Made by a program: the position numbers and the translations under genes. The notes under the pieces are model-generated. The model had not been told where the DNA came from. It ran no database searches and saw nothing but the letters and a program-made list of their open reading frames with translations. A stretch of 64,000 bases of DNA from an uncultured bacterium (lineage in GTDB: Bacteria > Verrucomicrobiota > Verrucomicrobiia > Limisphaerales > UBA8199), in the NCBI GenBank assembly GCA_963749495.1, contig CAVVMW010000018.1, positions 256,001-320,000 on the forward strand, read 5' to 3'. Positions 53,056 to 63,103 of this stretch are shown one piece after another (positions within the stretch are counted from its first letter, which is position 1; every line of letters starts with the position of its first letter).

Positions 53056-53907
53056 TTAGAAATCCACGCCCGCCGGATCTATTTCGAACCCCTTGTCTGA
53101 TTTCCTTAACTTTCCCACCGCGATGCGCGGATCATGTGAAAAAAACATGAGCCATTGTTCGGCAAACGCCAGCTCCAAAATGCCCCTTTTCTCCTCGAGC
53201 GTTGTGATTGGCCACAGGTCATATGCCAGGATATACGGCAATCTCAAATGAGCCGCCGTCGGAAAGAGATCGCCGCAAAAGAAAACGGTCTTCCCGCCGC
53301 TTGAGATCCGAGGCAGTTGCTGAGCAGGAGTGTGCCCGTTGAAAACCATGAGTGAGACCTGGGGAAACAGCTCGACGGGGCCATCCACAAAATGAAGCAC
53401 ATTCTCGCCGAACAACGGCAAGAAGTCGGCGCCCATGAAGCTGGCTTTGTCCTTTTCCGTGGGCTTCAGCGCGTGCTGCCAGTGAGCACTTTGGACATAA
53501 TGCCTCGCCTTCGGGAAGGCCGGCACGACGCGATCCCCATCCCCGGAGGTGCATCCGCCGGCATGATCGAAATGAAGGTGGGTCAGGATAACATCCGTCA
53601 CATCGTCCGGTGTGATGCCGCATTGCGCAAGGGACTTATCGATTTCGTATCGGCTGGTGTCAACTCCGTAAATCCTCAACTCCTTCGGTGTGAATTTCGT
53701 TCCCAATCCAGTGTCAATCAGAACGGCCCTGTCGTCCGCCTTTAGCAACAACGCTCGCGCAGCCAGCTCAATTCGGTTGAGATCATCGGCGGGATGCGAT
53801 TTGCTCCAGAGGGTCTTCGGAACCGAGCCAAACATGGCTCCGCCATCCAATCTAAACCGGCACGTCTCGATCGCGTGCAGTGCAAACGGTCCTATCCTCA
53901 TAATCAT
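53056..53907 (-). CDS. MBL-fold metallo-hydrolase (YtnP-like)
   Basis: LDGGAMFG, THLHFDHAGG, GHT, GDL, HDP. Confidence 0.92.
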   Translation of the reverse strand: MIMRIGPFALHAIETCRFRLDGGAMFGSVPKTLWSKSHPADDLNRIELAARALLLKADDRAVLIDTGLGTKFTPKELRIYGVDTSRYEIDKSLAQCGITPDDVTDVILTHLHFDHAGGCTSGDGDRVVPAFPKARHYVQSAHWQHALKPTEKDKASFMGADFLPLFGENVLHFVDGPVELFPQVSLMVFNGHTPAQQLPRISSGGKTVFFCGDLFPTAAHLRLPYILAYDLWPITTLEEKRGILELAFAEQWLMFFSHDPRIAVGKLRKSDKGFEIDPAGVDF

Positions 53908-53935
53908 TGGAACCGGGTCTTCATGGTCGCGCGGC

Positions 53936-55099
53936 TCAGCGCGGCGTGGCGTCCGGCAAGCCGCCATCGACGGGGATGCAGGCTCCGGTGGTTGGCGTCT
54001 GCCGCAGGGCAAAGAACAGCACGGCATTGGCCACGTGCTCCGCGGTCACTCTGGCCCTGAGCAGGTTGCGGTTGCGGTAATACTCTTCCAGGCCCTTCTC
54101 ATCGAGCCCGCGCGCTTTCATCCGCCCGGGACCCACCTCGGCCCAGAGACCGGACTTGTGGCTGCCGCCGGAAAAGACAGCGTCGGGCGCTACCATGTTG
54201 ACCCGGACGCCCATGGGCGCAAACTCCAGGCTGGCGATGCGCGCCAGTTGGTGAGCCGCCGCTTTGGTCGCGCTGTAGGCCCCAAAACCTGCGCCGGGAG
54301 CAAACACGTTTTTAGTCGAGATCAACACCACGTCACCGCCCAGGTTCTGCCGCGCAAAATGCCGCCCCGCCTCCGCCAGCACCAAGAGTGTCCCCTCTAC
54401 GTTCACCCGCTCCAGGCGCCGAAAGGCCTCCAGGTCAATCTCGACCAGCGGACAGGCCAGCGCGATGCCGGCGTTGAGCACCAACAAATCCACCCCGCCC
54501 CACTTGGCCGTCACCTCCGCGAACCCGCGCGCCACCGACGCCGCGTCGGTGACGTCCATCGCCACTCCCAGGGTGCGCCCCGCGTGCGGCCCCTGAAACT
54601 CGGCGACAAATGCCTCGAGCTTCTCGCCGGGAAGATCGGTAATGGCCACGTGGCCGCCGGCCTCCAGCAACCCGCGGCAGATCCCGTAACCAATCGCCCC
54701 GGCGGCCCCGGTCACCAATGCGACGCGTCCGGCCAGCCGCGAATCCCGGCCCTGAACGGATGCCGGGGCCAGGACCCGAAACACGGCGACCCCAGGCACA
54801 CAAATGACTTGGGGTTCGGCGTGGTGCTCCGTCCGGTAACGCCCCAGCGCTGCGGCCAGCAGCAATCGAAGGGCTTCATCCTCTTCGTTGCCGCGCATGG
54901 CCTCCAACCGCAGCGGCGCGCCCCGGAACGGTCCGAGTGCCGAAGGCGGCAGCCCGCCAGTGGCGAAGGCCAAGGCCGCTTCATCGCTGAGAGTCTGCAG
55001 CAAGACCGTCCGATGCGGGTGGTCATCATTCCCCGCCGGCTCCCCCAGCAATCCCCGCAGGATGGGGGCCATGCGAGCGCTCAGTTCAGGTTTCATCAT
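53936..55099 (-). CDS. SDR oxidoreductase resembling the C-terminal part of bifunctional rhamnulose-phosphate aldolase/dehydrogenase
   Basis: TGAAGAIG, NAG, STKN, YSATK, PDAVF, RNLL, DGG. Confidence 0.85.
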   Translation of the reverse strand: MMKPELSARMAPILRGLLGEPAGNDDHPHRTVLLQTLSDEAALAFATGGLPPSALGPFRGAPLRLEAMRGNEEDEALRLLLAAALGRYRTEHHAEPQVICVPGVAVFRVLAPASVQGRDSRLAGRVALVTGAAGAIGYGICRGLLEAGGHVAITDLPGEKLEAFVAEFQGPHAGRTLGVAMDVTDAASVARGFAEVTAKWGGVDLLVLNAGIALACPLVEIDLEAFRRLERVNVEGTLLVLAEAGRHFARQNLGGDVVLISTKNVFAPGAGFGAYSATKAAAHQLARIASLEFAPMGVRVNMVAPDAVFSGGSHKSGLWAEVGPGRMKARGLDEKGLEEYYRNRNLLRARVTAEHVANAVLFFALRQTPTTGACIPVDGGLPDATPR

Positions 55100-55111
55100 G
55101 ATCTGCCTTTA

Positions 55112-55271
55112 GGCGGTGGAAATCAATAAAGGTGGCAAGATGCCGCCGGGATTTTGGCGCCCAGCGAGGCGTGAACGAGGCGCATATCCGCAGCGATCTG
55201 CAACGAGTGAACAACGAAGCTGGGCGGCAAAAGAACAAGGCAGGTTGCGACCTTTATTCATTTCCACCGCC
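55112..55271. mobile_element. 160-bp MITE with TTA target duplication
   Basis: GGCGGTGGAAATCAATAAAGGT / ACCTTTATTCATTTCCACCGCC; TTA at 55109-55111 and 55272-55274. Confidence 0.88.
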
Positions 55272-55997
55272 TTAGCGCCGTGCCGCCGCGCGAGCCGCCT
55301 GCAACATGAAGGCGGCATTGGCGGCCGGGTTCTTGCCGTCAAAAACCGCGCTGCCGGTCACCACGATGTCCGGTCCCAGGGCCAGCACGTCGGCGAGGTT
55401 GTTGCGGGTGATGCCGCCGTCCACTCCCACGAGCGTGCCCTGCCGGGATTTGGCCAGCATCTCTTTCAACTGCGCCAGGCGGGCCGGCGTGGAAGGGATG
55501 AACTTTTGGCCGCTCCAGCCCGGGTTGACCCCCAGCAGCATCACCAACTCCAACTCGTCCAGCAGGGGCTGGATGGCCTCCAGAGGCGTGCCCGGGTTCA
55601 GGGCCACTCCGCGCAAGAGGCCGCGGGCCGGCTCATTCACGTTGCTCATGCCGCCCAGCGCCTGCAAAGCCCGGTGCGGGTGACGGCAGGATTCGACGTG
55701 CAGGGTCACCATATCGGCGCCGGCGGCCACGTAGCTTTCCAGTTTGCTCAGCGGCTCCTGGACCATCAGGTGCACGTCTTTGTAGAGCGTCGTTCGGCAG
55801 GCTGCCACTACCGGGGGCCCAAACGTCATCATGGGGCAGAACACGCCGTCCATGACATCAAAGTGCAGCAGCTTCACGCCGGCGGTCTCCAGGAGCTTGA
55901 GCTCGGCTCCCAGCGCGAGCCAATCCGCCGTGAGCATCCCCACGCTCAATTGCGGGGCGCTCTCCCGGAGCCGCTCATAGAGCCAGGGCCTGGTCAT
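55272..55997 (-). CDS. rpe: ribulose-phosphate 3-epimerase family protein
   Basis: HFDVMDG, DVHLM, LHVE, LNPGTP, VNPG, VDGGI, GSAVF. Confidence 0.88.
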   Translation of the reverse strand: MTRPWLYERLRESAPQLSVGMLTADWLALGAELKLLETAGVKLLHFDVMDGVFCPMMTFGPPVVAACRTTLYKDVHLMVQEPLSKLESYVAAGADMVTLHVESCRHPHRALQALGGMSNVNEPARGLLRGVALNPGTPLEAIQPLLDELELVMLLGVNPGWSGQKFIPSTPARLAQLKEMLAKSRQGTLVGVDGGITRNNLADVLALGPDIVVTGSAVFDGKNPAANAAFMLQAARAAARR

Positions 55998-56902
55998 AAC
56001 CCTGGACTTTTCTTGCTCTCCTGGCGCTTGAGCGTCTCGTAAAGCTCGAAGGCCGCTTTGGGCTTGAGGTTCTCGTGCACGACCTTGCCGATGGCCTGCA
56101 TCATGGCCTTGGGGGCGTCGCTCTGGAAAATATTGCGGCCCATGTCAACGCCGGCCGCCCCTTGCTGAATCGCGTTGGAGGCCATCGTGAGCGCTTCCAA
56201 CTCGGGCAGCTTCTTGCCTCCAGCCATCACAATCGGCACCGGGCAGGAGGCGGTGACCGTCTCGAAGCCTTCCGGGCAGTAATAGGTCTTCACCATGTGC
56301 GCCCCCAGTTCGGCGCAGATCCGGCAGGCCAAGCGCAGGTACTGCGCGTCGCGGGTCAGGCTCTTGCCCACCGCCGTTACGGCCATGGTCGGGATGCCCA
56401 GCTTGAGCCCCAGGTCGACCAGCCGGGTCATATTGCAGACCGAGCGGGTCTCATGCTCGCCGCCGATGAACACCTGCAGCGTCACCGCCGCCACGTTGAG
56501 CCGCGCCGCATCCTCGATGTCCACCGCCAGTTCCTCATCCGAGAGTTCCTTGAGGATGCTGGGTCCGCCGCTGCAGCGCAGGACGATGGGTTTGGTCAGC
56601 GCCGGGGGCACGGTGGTTCGCAAGATCCCGCGGGTGAGCATGAGCGCATCCGCCAGAGGCATCAGCGGCACGATCTTCAGGTCAATCCGCTCCAGCCCGG
56701 TGGTTGGGCCCTGGAAATAGCCATGGTCGATGGCCAGCATCACCGTGCGCCCGGTGGCGGGATTAAAGATCCGGGCCAGCCGGTTTTTCATGCCCCAATC
56801 CAGCGAGCCGGCCCCCTTCAGGAAGAAGCCCGGCGTGCTCATCGGGATTTGCTCGTAATAATTCTTGTCCTTGGTTGGTTTGGCTGCGTCTGGTTCTGGC
56901 AT
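55994..56902 (-). CDS. lsrF: LsrF thiolase / class I aldolase
   Basis: [37 protein letters not shown]. Confidence 0.93.
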   Translation of the reverse strand: MPEPDAAKPTKDKNYYEQIPMSTPGFFLKGAGSLDWGMKNRLARIFNPATGRTVMLAIDHGYFQGPTTGLERIDLKIVPLMPLADALMLTRGILRTTVPPALTKPIVLRCSGGPSILKELSDEELAVDIEDAARLNVAAVTLQVFIGGEHETRSVCNMTRLVDLGLKLGIPTMAVTAVGKSLTRDAQYLRLACRICAELGAHMVKTYYCPEGFETVTASCPVPIVMAGGKKLPELEALTMASNAIQQGAAGVDMGRNIFQSDAPKAMMQAIGKVVHENLKPKAAFELYETLKRQESKKSPGL

Positions 56903-57033
56903 AATTACCTCTTGGATGGATGGTTCCTTATCTTTGCGTTGCTCATGATTGGATACGAAGGACAACATTGCTGTGAAGTTATGGGGCTTTGTGAACAAAT
57001 TGGCAAATCAATACTTCCGCGGCTCGTTATCGG

Positions 57034-57283
57034 GGGTGTGAGACAGAATTCTTCTTGGGCCTCCTGATCGCAGACCTCAGAGCTGCTCCGGGCCTTCGAT
57101 CCTTCGTTTCCTTCGTTTCCTTCTGTTCTGTTCCTGCCTCCCGCCGGCTGGCCACAGGAACAGAACAGAAGGAAACGAAGGAAACGAAGAGGCGGCCTGA
57201 CGCGGCGGCGGCGATCTGGTCCGTGCCAGCTCGTATCTAGATTCCTAGACACTATTTGTGACGAAAGCCCAGCAGAATCCATT
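57034..57283. mobile_element. second, right-truncated copy of the 14931-15204 element
   Basis: colinear similarity from GGGTGTGAGACAGAATTCTT to AAAGCCCAGCAGAATCCATT. Confidence 0.75.
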
Positions 57284-57685
57284 GTTGATCAGTCGCCGGC
57301 ACTTGGCTCGGACATTCGGAAGGGCCGGGGTGTCCCCTCAGCGGAAGCTGCGCGTTGCCCATCCAAAGCCGCCCGGAGAACATCGCTGTCCTGATGGAAG
57401 AGGTGCGGCGGCAAAGGACCCTGGTTTGTAATCGCCGTCCTGGCATTTTCGTTTCTAGTGCCCGCCTTTCTGTTTGCCGTCGGCTATCGCCGGCGGAAGG
57501 CGGCCGCGTTGGGCGTGCTCGTCGCGCTATCTCTGCTCGGTCATCCCGCCGGCGCAGAGGAGCCAAGGACTGAGGCCCGAACTGTCGCAAACAGCATCCG
57601 CCTCGTGTCAGTCTATTTTCCTCACAGCACAAACAAGGCGGCAAACGGCTTGTTGGCTGGCGCCCGGTTGCGGTAGAATGCGGCC

Positions 57686-57907
57686 ATGAATGAGAGAGAA
57701 CAGTCCTTGCGTGCCAGCGACACCGCGGCCCGCCAGCGCCGGCTCGAGCTGGCCCAGAAGGCCTTTAGGGAGTTCTACGCGCAATGCTTCTGGTCGTACC
57801 GCGAAGACGCCGAGATCACCGAGGACAAAATCCCCTTTGTCATCCGCGGCCTTCGCGAACACGGGGGACTGGCCGGCTACCGGACCGCCGCCGAGTTATG
57901 CCATTAG
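57686..57907 (+). CDS. small protein, possible antitoxin partner of a nucleotidyltransferase
   Basis: AFREFYAQCFWS..IRGLREHGG; overlaps next gene; TAGAAT -10 element 6 nt before ATG. Confidence 0.6.
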   Translation: MNEREQSLRASDTAARQRRLELAQKAFREFYAQCFWSYREDAEITEDKIPFVIRGLREHGGLAGYRTAAELCH

Positions 57908-58144
57908 GCGCTTTCGAGCAAGAAGTGCTGCGGTTGCTCGCCGTGAATCGGAATCCCAACAGCTACGTGGCCGGGGCAACGGTCCTGAACCAGAACCCGG
58001 CTTCCATTGGGGGAAGTGGGCTGCCTTTATCTCGATCGCACCGGCCAGCCCGTCTGCCCGGATCCCGCCGCAACGGAGTTCACGAAACTCACGCGCCACT
58101 TCGGCAGCGTCAAAGGCGCCTGGCCGCGCATCGTCGAAAACTGA
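57898..58144 (+). pseudogene. internally deleted AbiEii-like nucleotidyltransferase remnant
   Basis: N-terminal SYVAGATVLN joined out of frame to C-terminal EVGCLYLD..HFGSVKGAWPRIVEN*. Confidence 0.5.
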
Positions 58145-58175
58145 GACCGAACCGTGTGCGAGTCAACCTTGACGA

Positions 58176-58550
58176 TTGGAGGCCCTCGGCCACCGCGGCC
58201 TCGGCGGCGTTTTCGGCCGGGACCAGCACGCCGGTCTTGCCCTCCTGGCGCGCGCGCAACGCGATCGGCAGCACCCCTTTGACCGGACGCACGCCCCCGT
58301 CCAGGGCCAGTTCACCCACCATCATGAAGCGGTCGAGTTGGTCGCTTTCGATCTGCTCGCTGGCGGCCAGCATGGCCAGGCCGATGGGCAAGTCGAAGCT
58401 CGGCCCTTCCTTCCTCACGTCCGCCAGCGCCAGGTTGATCGTCGTGCGGCCGAAGGTGAATCCGTAGCCCGAGTTGATCAGCGCCGTCAGCACCCGGTCA
58501 CGCGATTCCTTCACCGCCGCGTCCGGCAAGCCAACGATGACAATATTGTC
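58176..58550 (-). pseudogene. comM: comM/YifB N-terminal (Lon-like) fragment, lacking both ends
   Basis: IVGLPDAAVKESRDRV, INLA.ADVRKEGPSFDLPI, GELALDG. Confidence 0.9.
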
Positions 58551-58555
58551 TTGTA

Positions 58556-58719
58556 TTCTCCAACTCAAGATCTTCCAGTCGCAAGCTGCTCACCTGCTTG
58601 AAGTTAGCACGGTTTCCCTGAGCCGTTGGGAATGCGACAAGGTGTTTCCGAGCGCTCCCCGGCAGCCAAGAATCATCGAGTACCTGGGCTACGACCCGTT
58701 CAAACCGCCGTCGGAATAG
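58556..58719 (+). pseudogene. XRE HTH fragment
   Basis: QSQAAHLLEVSTVSLSRWE..PRIIEYLGYDP; no proper start. Confidence 0.65.
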
Positions 58720-59022
58720 ACCCTCAGAAGCTCGAAGGCAACGAACCCCAAGTCGTTGCCTTTTTGTGACGCCGTCTTGCGCGTGCGCGGGCAACGAATC
58801 CATCCCGGCGTTGCCCCGCTGTCCACCGGCAATTCGGGGCTCTCGGCACCAAGCTTCCCAGAACCTGAGCCTGCTCATTCGGCGGTTGACAACTCGGTGT
58901 TCAGAGTTTCATCGGCCCTCGTCAGGTACTCCGTTTTGACGGCCAGCATGGGCGGTTCTGCCCGGCCAAACCGCTTGACAACTCCCTTCCGAAGGCGCCT
59001 ATTCAGCGCGGCCATGTAACAC

Positions 59023-59185
59023 GTGCAGTTTTACGGAGAGGAGCGCCAACTAGGCGCCTGCGTGTTTTGTGGGGGCGCGACCGAGACCCGCGACCACGTT
59101 CCATCGCGGGTCTTTCTCGACGAGCCTTATCCGGACCACTTGCCCTGCGTGCCTGCCTGCGAGCGTTGCAATGCGGGATTCCCGG
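59023..59185 (+). pseudogene. HNH endonuclease N-terminal fragment
   Basis: CVFCG..TRDHVPS..VPACERCNAGF, then similarity is lost. Confidence 0.7.
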
Positions 59186-59732
59186 CCGCTCTCGGTCTAT
59201 CACTGATTCCCGGGTGCCGCCCCTTCATGAATTCGCTCTGGCTCCGCCCTCTCGTGAACGAGTTTGTCTTGACACGGCGCCAACGTCGCTGGAACCTCCG
59301 CGCGGCGGCCGGATCATGCACATTCGTCCTAAGAGTAGCAGCCGCGACGGGATCGGACGGCCTCAATCCCGCAGCGGTCCTCCAGCGTCAACCCGCTGCG
59401 ACCCTCCGGCCGCCGGAGCGCCGTCATCGCTGAACAACCGTTCTCAATCGCCAATTCCAAGTTTGCCATGTGGCGTGCTCAAACCCCATTCGGTCGCCAG
59501 CCCGCCCGGCTCGCCGCCCCCTCGCGCTCGGGGGAGGCGAAGGTTCGGCCTGCCGGCCCTCCCAGCGCGACGACCGCCCCCGTGTCGGGAACTCAAAGAC
59601 TCAACGCACCAATACCTCTCGGGGTTGTGCCAGGCTCGGCGCTGCCGTGCGTGTCTGGCCAGGAGGGCCAGCCGTGACGAGCGCACCAGTGGGGCAGCCG
59701 TTGGCACACCCGAGGCGCCGTCCTCTGCGCCC

Positions 59733-60344
59733 ATCGGCGTTGCGGTCGTGCGAGGCTCCGCCAGCGTTCGAACCTCTCTAAGGCGGATGCTGGCCAGGCG
59801 GCGGGATTTCCAACTCTGCGGCCTTTTCTCATCCGCTGCGGAGGCGGTCAAGCTGGCCGGACTGGGCACGGCTCGGCTCGCCCTCGTTGACGCGGAATTG
59901 GCCGACGGTTGCGGAATCGCCTGCGCCCGAGGCCTGGCGGCCAGATGGCCGCGGCTCAAATTGGTTACGATGTCCCGGCGCAAAGACGCCGCCCTCGCGC
60001 GGCTTTCGCGCATGGCTGGCGCCAGTTTTCACCTGGTTCAACCATTTGCCTGCAGTCGGCTCCTGGCGGCCCTCCTAATGGCCGTGGAAGCCAAACGGCC
60101 GGTCCGCTCCTTGAGCCCTGAGGAGCACCAGTTGGTCGCGGGCATGGCCCAGGGGCTCCGCCACAAGCAAATCGAAGCCCAACTGAGCATGAGCGCGGCG
60201 CGCTTGAAGAAGATCCAGCACCGCGCCTTCCAGAAGCTCCGTGTGCGCACTTCTGCCCAAGCGGCCGCAACCTGGGCGGTTCTCCAGGGGGAAAGAGGAG
60301 GGGGAGCAAAATGGCCCCTTCCCCGAGTGACGCGCCGCGCGTAA
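59733..60344 (+). CDS. degenerate NarL/LuxR response regulator (start uncertain)
   Basis: REC-like ALVDAELADGCGI; LSPEEHQL..GLRHKQI..FQKLRV HTH. Confidence 0.7.
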   Translation: MGVAVVRGSASVRTSLRRMLARRRDFQLCGLFSSAAEAVKLAGLGTARLALVDAELADGCGIACARGLAARWPRLKLVTMSRRKDAALARLSRMAGASFHLVQPFACSRLLAALLMAVEAKRPVRSLSPEEHQLVAGMAQGLRHKQIEAQLSMSAARLKKIQHRAFQKLRVRTSAQAAATWAVLQGERGGGAKWPLPRVTRRA

Positions 60345-60354
60345 TATCCCAGCC

Positions 60355-61629
60355 ATGAAAACAATTGTTGACCACCGCGCGGCAACGAGGCGCCTCTCGC
60401 CCCTCCTGGCCGCCGCGGCCGTGGCCCAATGGGAGGCCACGGCGCAAGTGAGCCTCACGCTGACAGGGGTTGAATTCCAAGGCACTGTGATGGACGATTC
60501 CGGCAACCTATACCCCAGTCCGCAATGGACCCCCTCCACGAGTTACCCGATTCAGGGCATTGCCGGGTGGGCGGTGGGGGGCCTTGTGGATTGCACGACG
60601 AGCGGCTCCGGCACGGTTTGGCTTCAGGGCGCCGGCAGCCAAGGCCTCGTGTTCCCTCCGGCACACTACAATGTACTCAATGGCCAGCCTTGCTCCTTAC
60701 CGGTGTGCTCGTCGAACCTCCTTCCGGCCATGGCACAGACGATCAATGCGTTCTCCACCACGTGGTCATATAGCAACGATGGGATCAATTATTCGCCCCT
60801 CGGCACCACCCGAAACATCATGTACGTGACGCTCAACCCGCCGGCGTGGGATCCTTTCACCGGCTTCGCTCCCTGCTACCGCACCGTCTTGCAAAAGGCC
60901 TGCGCCACGACGGCGGCCAGTGCCAACGCTGCGGTGGCCGCGATATGGCAGCAGTTTGCCGGGCCCGCAAATATCACCACCTGGGACGGCAAAACGCTCT
61001 ATTATTACGCGCCAGGTACGACGTTCACCAATGTGTGCGGCTACACCTTCCAACTGCTGACTCACTTCAACGGCAATTGCTTCGCCTTTCGAAACGTTCT
61101 GGAGGACTGCCTGTTAGTGAATGAGATCACGACCTACGTGCGCATTTGGGTCCAGGCCAGCGGTTCACATTATTCCACCGATCTGAGCTTTTTGGTGAAG
61201 AATTGGCACAAAACCAACCTTGGAACCAGCGGCAACGCCGATTACCCCTGGCAGATCTTTACCACGCTCACCGGTGATCCCCCGCCCTATTTTGAAATGA
61301 CCCCCCCTCCTTACGCAAACAACACTTACGGCGACCTGGCGAGCCTGATCGGATTGGCTGGCCAAAACTCAGCTACCCCGTCCGAGAAGGTTTTTGTCAA
61401 CCATCAGATCCTCGCCTATTATACCATTGCTGGCGGCTCCAGTTGGTACGACCCGTCTTATGGCGTTGGCTACTCCAGCCAATCTCCGGCAGCGAGCGTC
61501 GAAAGCAGCGCCGTGTATGGTTTTTCCACAGGATTTTACCCGCCATGCCCGACAAACGGTTATTGGCCGGTTTACGTGCGGGTGCCCACTGCGCACGACG
61601 GTTCGGATCTTAATTTGTACCCCGATTAA
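60355..61629 (+). CDS. secreted protein with candidate Cys-His-Asp (transglutaminase/papain-like) domain
   Basis: GNCFAF..NHQI..WYDPSYG. Confidence 0.55.
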   Translation: MKTIVDHRAATRRLSPLLAAAAVAQWEATAQVSLTLTGVEFQGTVMDDSGNLYPSPQWTPSTSYPIQGIAGWAVGGLVDCTTSGSGTVWLQGAGSQGLVFPPAHYNVLNGQPCSLPVCSSNLLPAMAQTINAFSTTWSYSNDGINYSPLGTTRNIMYVTLNPPAWDPFTGFAPCYRTVLQKACATTAASANAAVAAIWQQFAGPANITTWDGKTLYYYAPGTTFTNVCGYTFQLLTHFNGNCFAFRNVLEDCLLVNEITTYVRIWVQASGSHYSTDLSFLVKNWHKTNLGTSGNADYPWQIFTTLTGDPPPYFEMTPPPYANNTYGDLASLIGLAGQNSATPSEKVFVNHQILAYYTIAGGSSWYDPSYGVGYSSQSPAASVESSAVYGFSTGFYPPCPTNGYWPVYVRVPTAHDGSDLNLYPD

Positions 61630-61646
61630 CTCAAACCGCTGACGAC

Positions 61647-62934
61647 ATGACGCCGAGACTCTATCTATGGTTGGCCGGAATCGTCGGGGCCTTAACGGCG
61701 GCCGAGTTTGCCCTAGCGCGGGCGCAGGATACCGCCGCGACTTGGTCCCAGGCGACACAAATCTCCATTCCTTCGGACAAGGGTGCGCTCCGCGTTCAGA
61801 AGCAAAGCACCGTGGTGAGCGGCCAGCCCGTTGACCTGGTTTATTCGGCTGCGGATGATGCCGCCTGGATCGGCCCCAGCGCCGGCTGCTATTATTCATC
61901 GGACGGGGTCATCTGGTCGTGCATGGCCCTCCGGCAGCGGGTGATTCTCCGCCATTCCACTGGCTCGGTCATGCCTGACCAACTTGGCGCGTTCGCGGAT
62001 GCCTGGACGGCGAGCCCGACAAACCAAGATTGGAACACGGCCCGCGTGGCGGGTACCGTCGCCTTTGACTTTGTTGCAATATTTGGGCGCGGGGCGGTGC
62101 AGCCGTACGGCCGGGCGGAGCTGGCCGGATATCAACCTCGTCTCGGTAACGCCCGAATCGGGGCGGGTCAGCGTCGCCTGCGAATCTGCTGCCGGCAACA
62201 AGCTTGAGTTGGTGTGTTCGCCTCAGATGGAAGTGTTGGGCGGACGGATGAACGGCCAACCGGTGCTCGTGTTACAGGACGGTAAATTAAGTGATTGGAA
62301 GTGGGCTAATGGCTTTGATCCGTGGAACGGCCCGAGCGCTACGGGCGTGCTGTCGGTTACCGGCGCGCTGAGCGCCGCCCAATTCAAAAAGCCTCTGTAC
62401 CTTCGTTACAACTCTGCTGGACGGCGGGCCGACCTGACTGACAGCCAGGCTGCGTTGCTGCCGGCCACTGGGGACCTGTGGATCGGCCCCATATTCGCCA
62501 AACTGGGTTTGCTCAACGGCACAATGGTCGGCCTGACCACCGACCGCAACGGGGGCAACTTGTTGATCTATTTGGCCCAGCCGGCGCGCATTCCGATGGT
62601 CGAAGGCCAAACGATCCCCGCCTTCCAGGCCGCCTTGAAGGGCTACGAGGCTGATCTGGCGGCCTGCCGGGCGAAGCCTGACAAATCGGTTAAGATCAGC
62701 GATTTGTTCACCGGCAAGGATGCCCCGGAGCTTGCGAGCGCGCAAGACATCGAGTTGAGACAGATCCAGTTTGCCGGCAACGATCTCGTGCTGCGTTTCA
62801 ACGTGGCACCCTACCGGGATCCTAACGCCCCGCCAATGGCTGAATGGCCCCCGCCATTGGGGCCGATCGGTAAGGTCCAATTGACGCTGGCTCCAGATTT
62901 GTCTATCAGCGCACCGCAGGTAGGCTGGCATTAA
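61647..62934 (+). CDS. secreted hypothetical protein; apparent frameshift near 62124
   Basis: signal peptide ..ALARA|Q; two ORFs join if one G is removed. Confidence 0.6.
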
Positions 62935-63103
62935 GCCTGATGTTTTCCAGAGGCCCCCGGCCCAACGGGCCCGGGCTTGGGGCTGGCCATCGCGGGCGAC
63001 CCGACGGCCGCCTTTGGGCTGGTGGCGACGAGGTGACCGCGGGGCCGGTTGGCGCCGCTGAGCCCTGTCGCTTGGATTTGATTGGGTCGCTGCCAACCGA
63101 AGC

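Noticed and set aside
58735..58765. Rho-independent terminator after the XRE fragment
   Set aside because: A hairpin with T tract is present, but it may be residual coding sequence of the fragment; not enough support to call.
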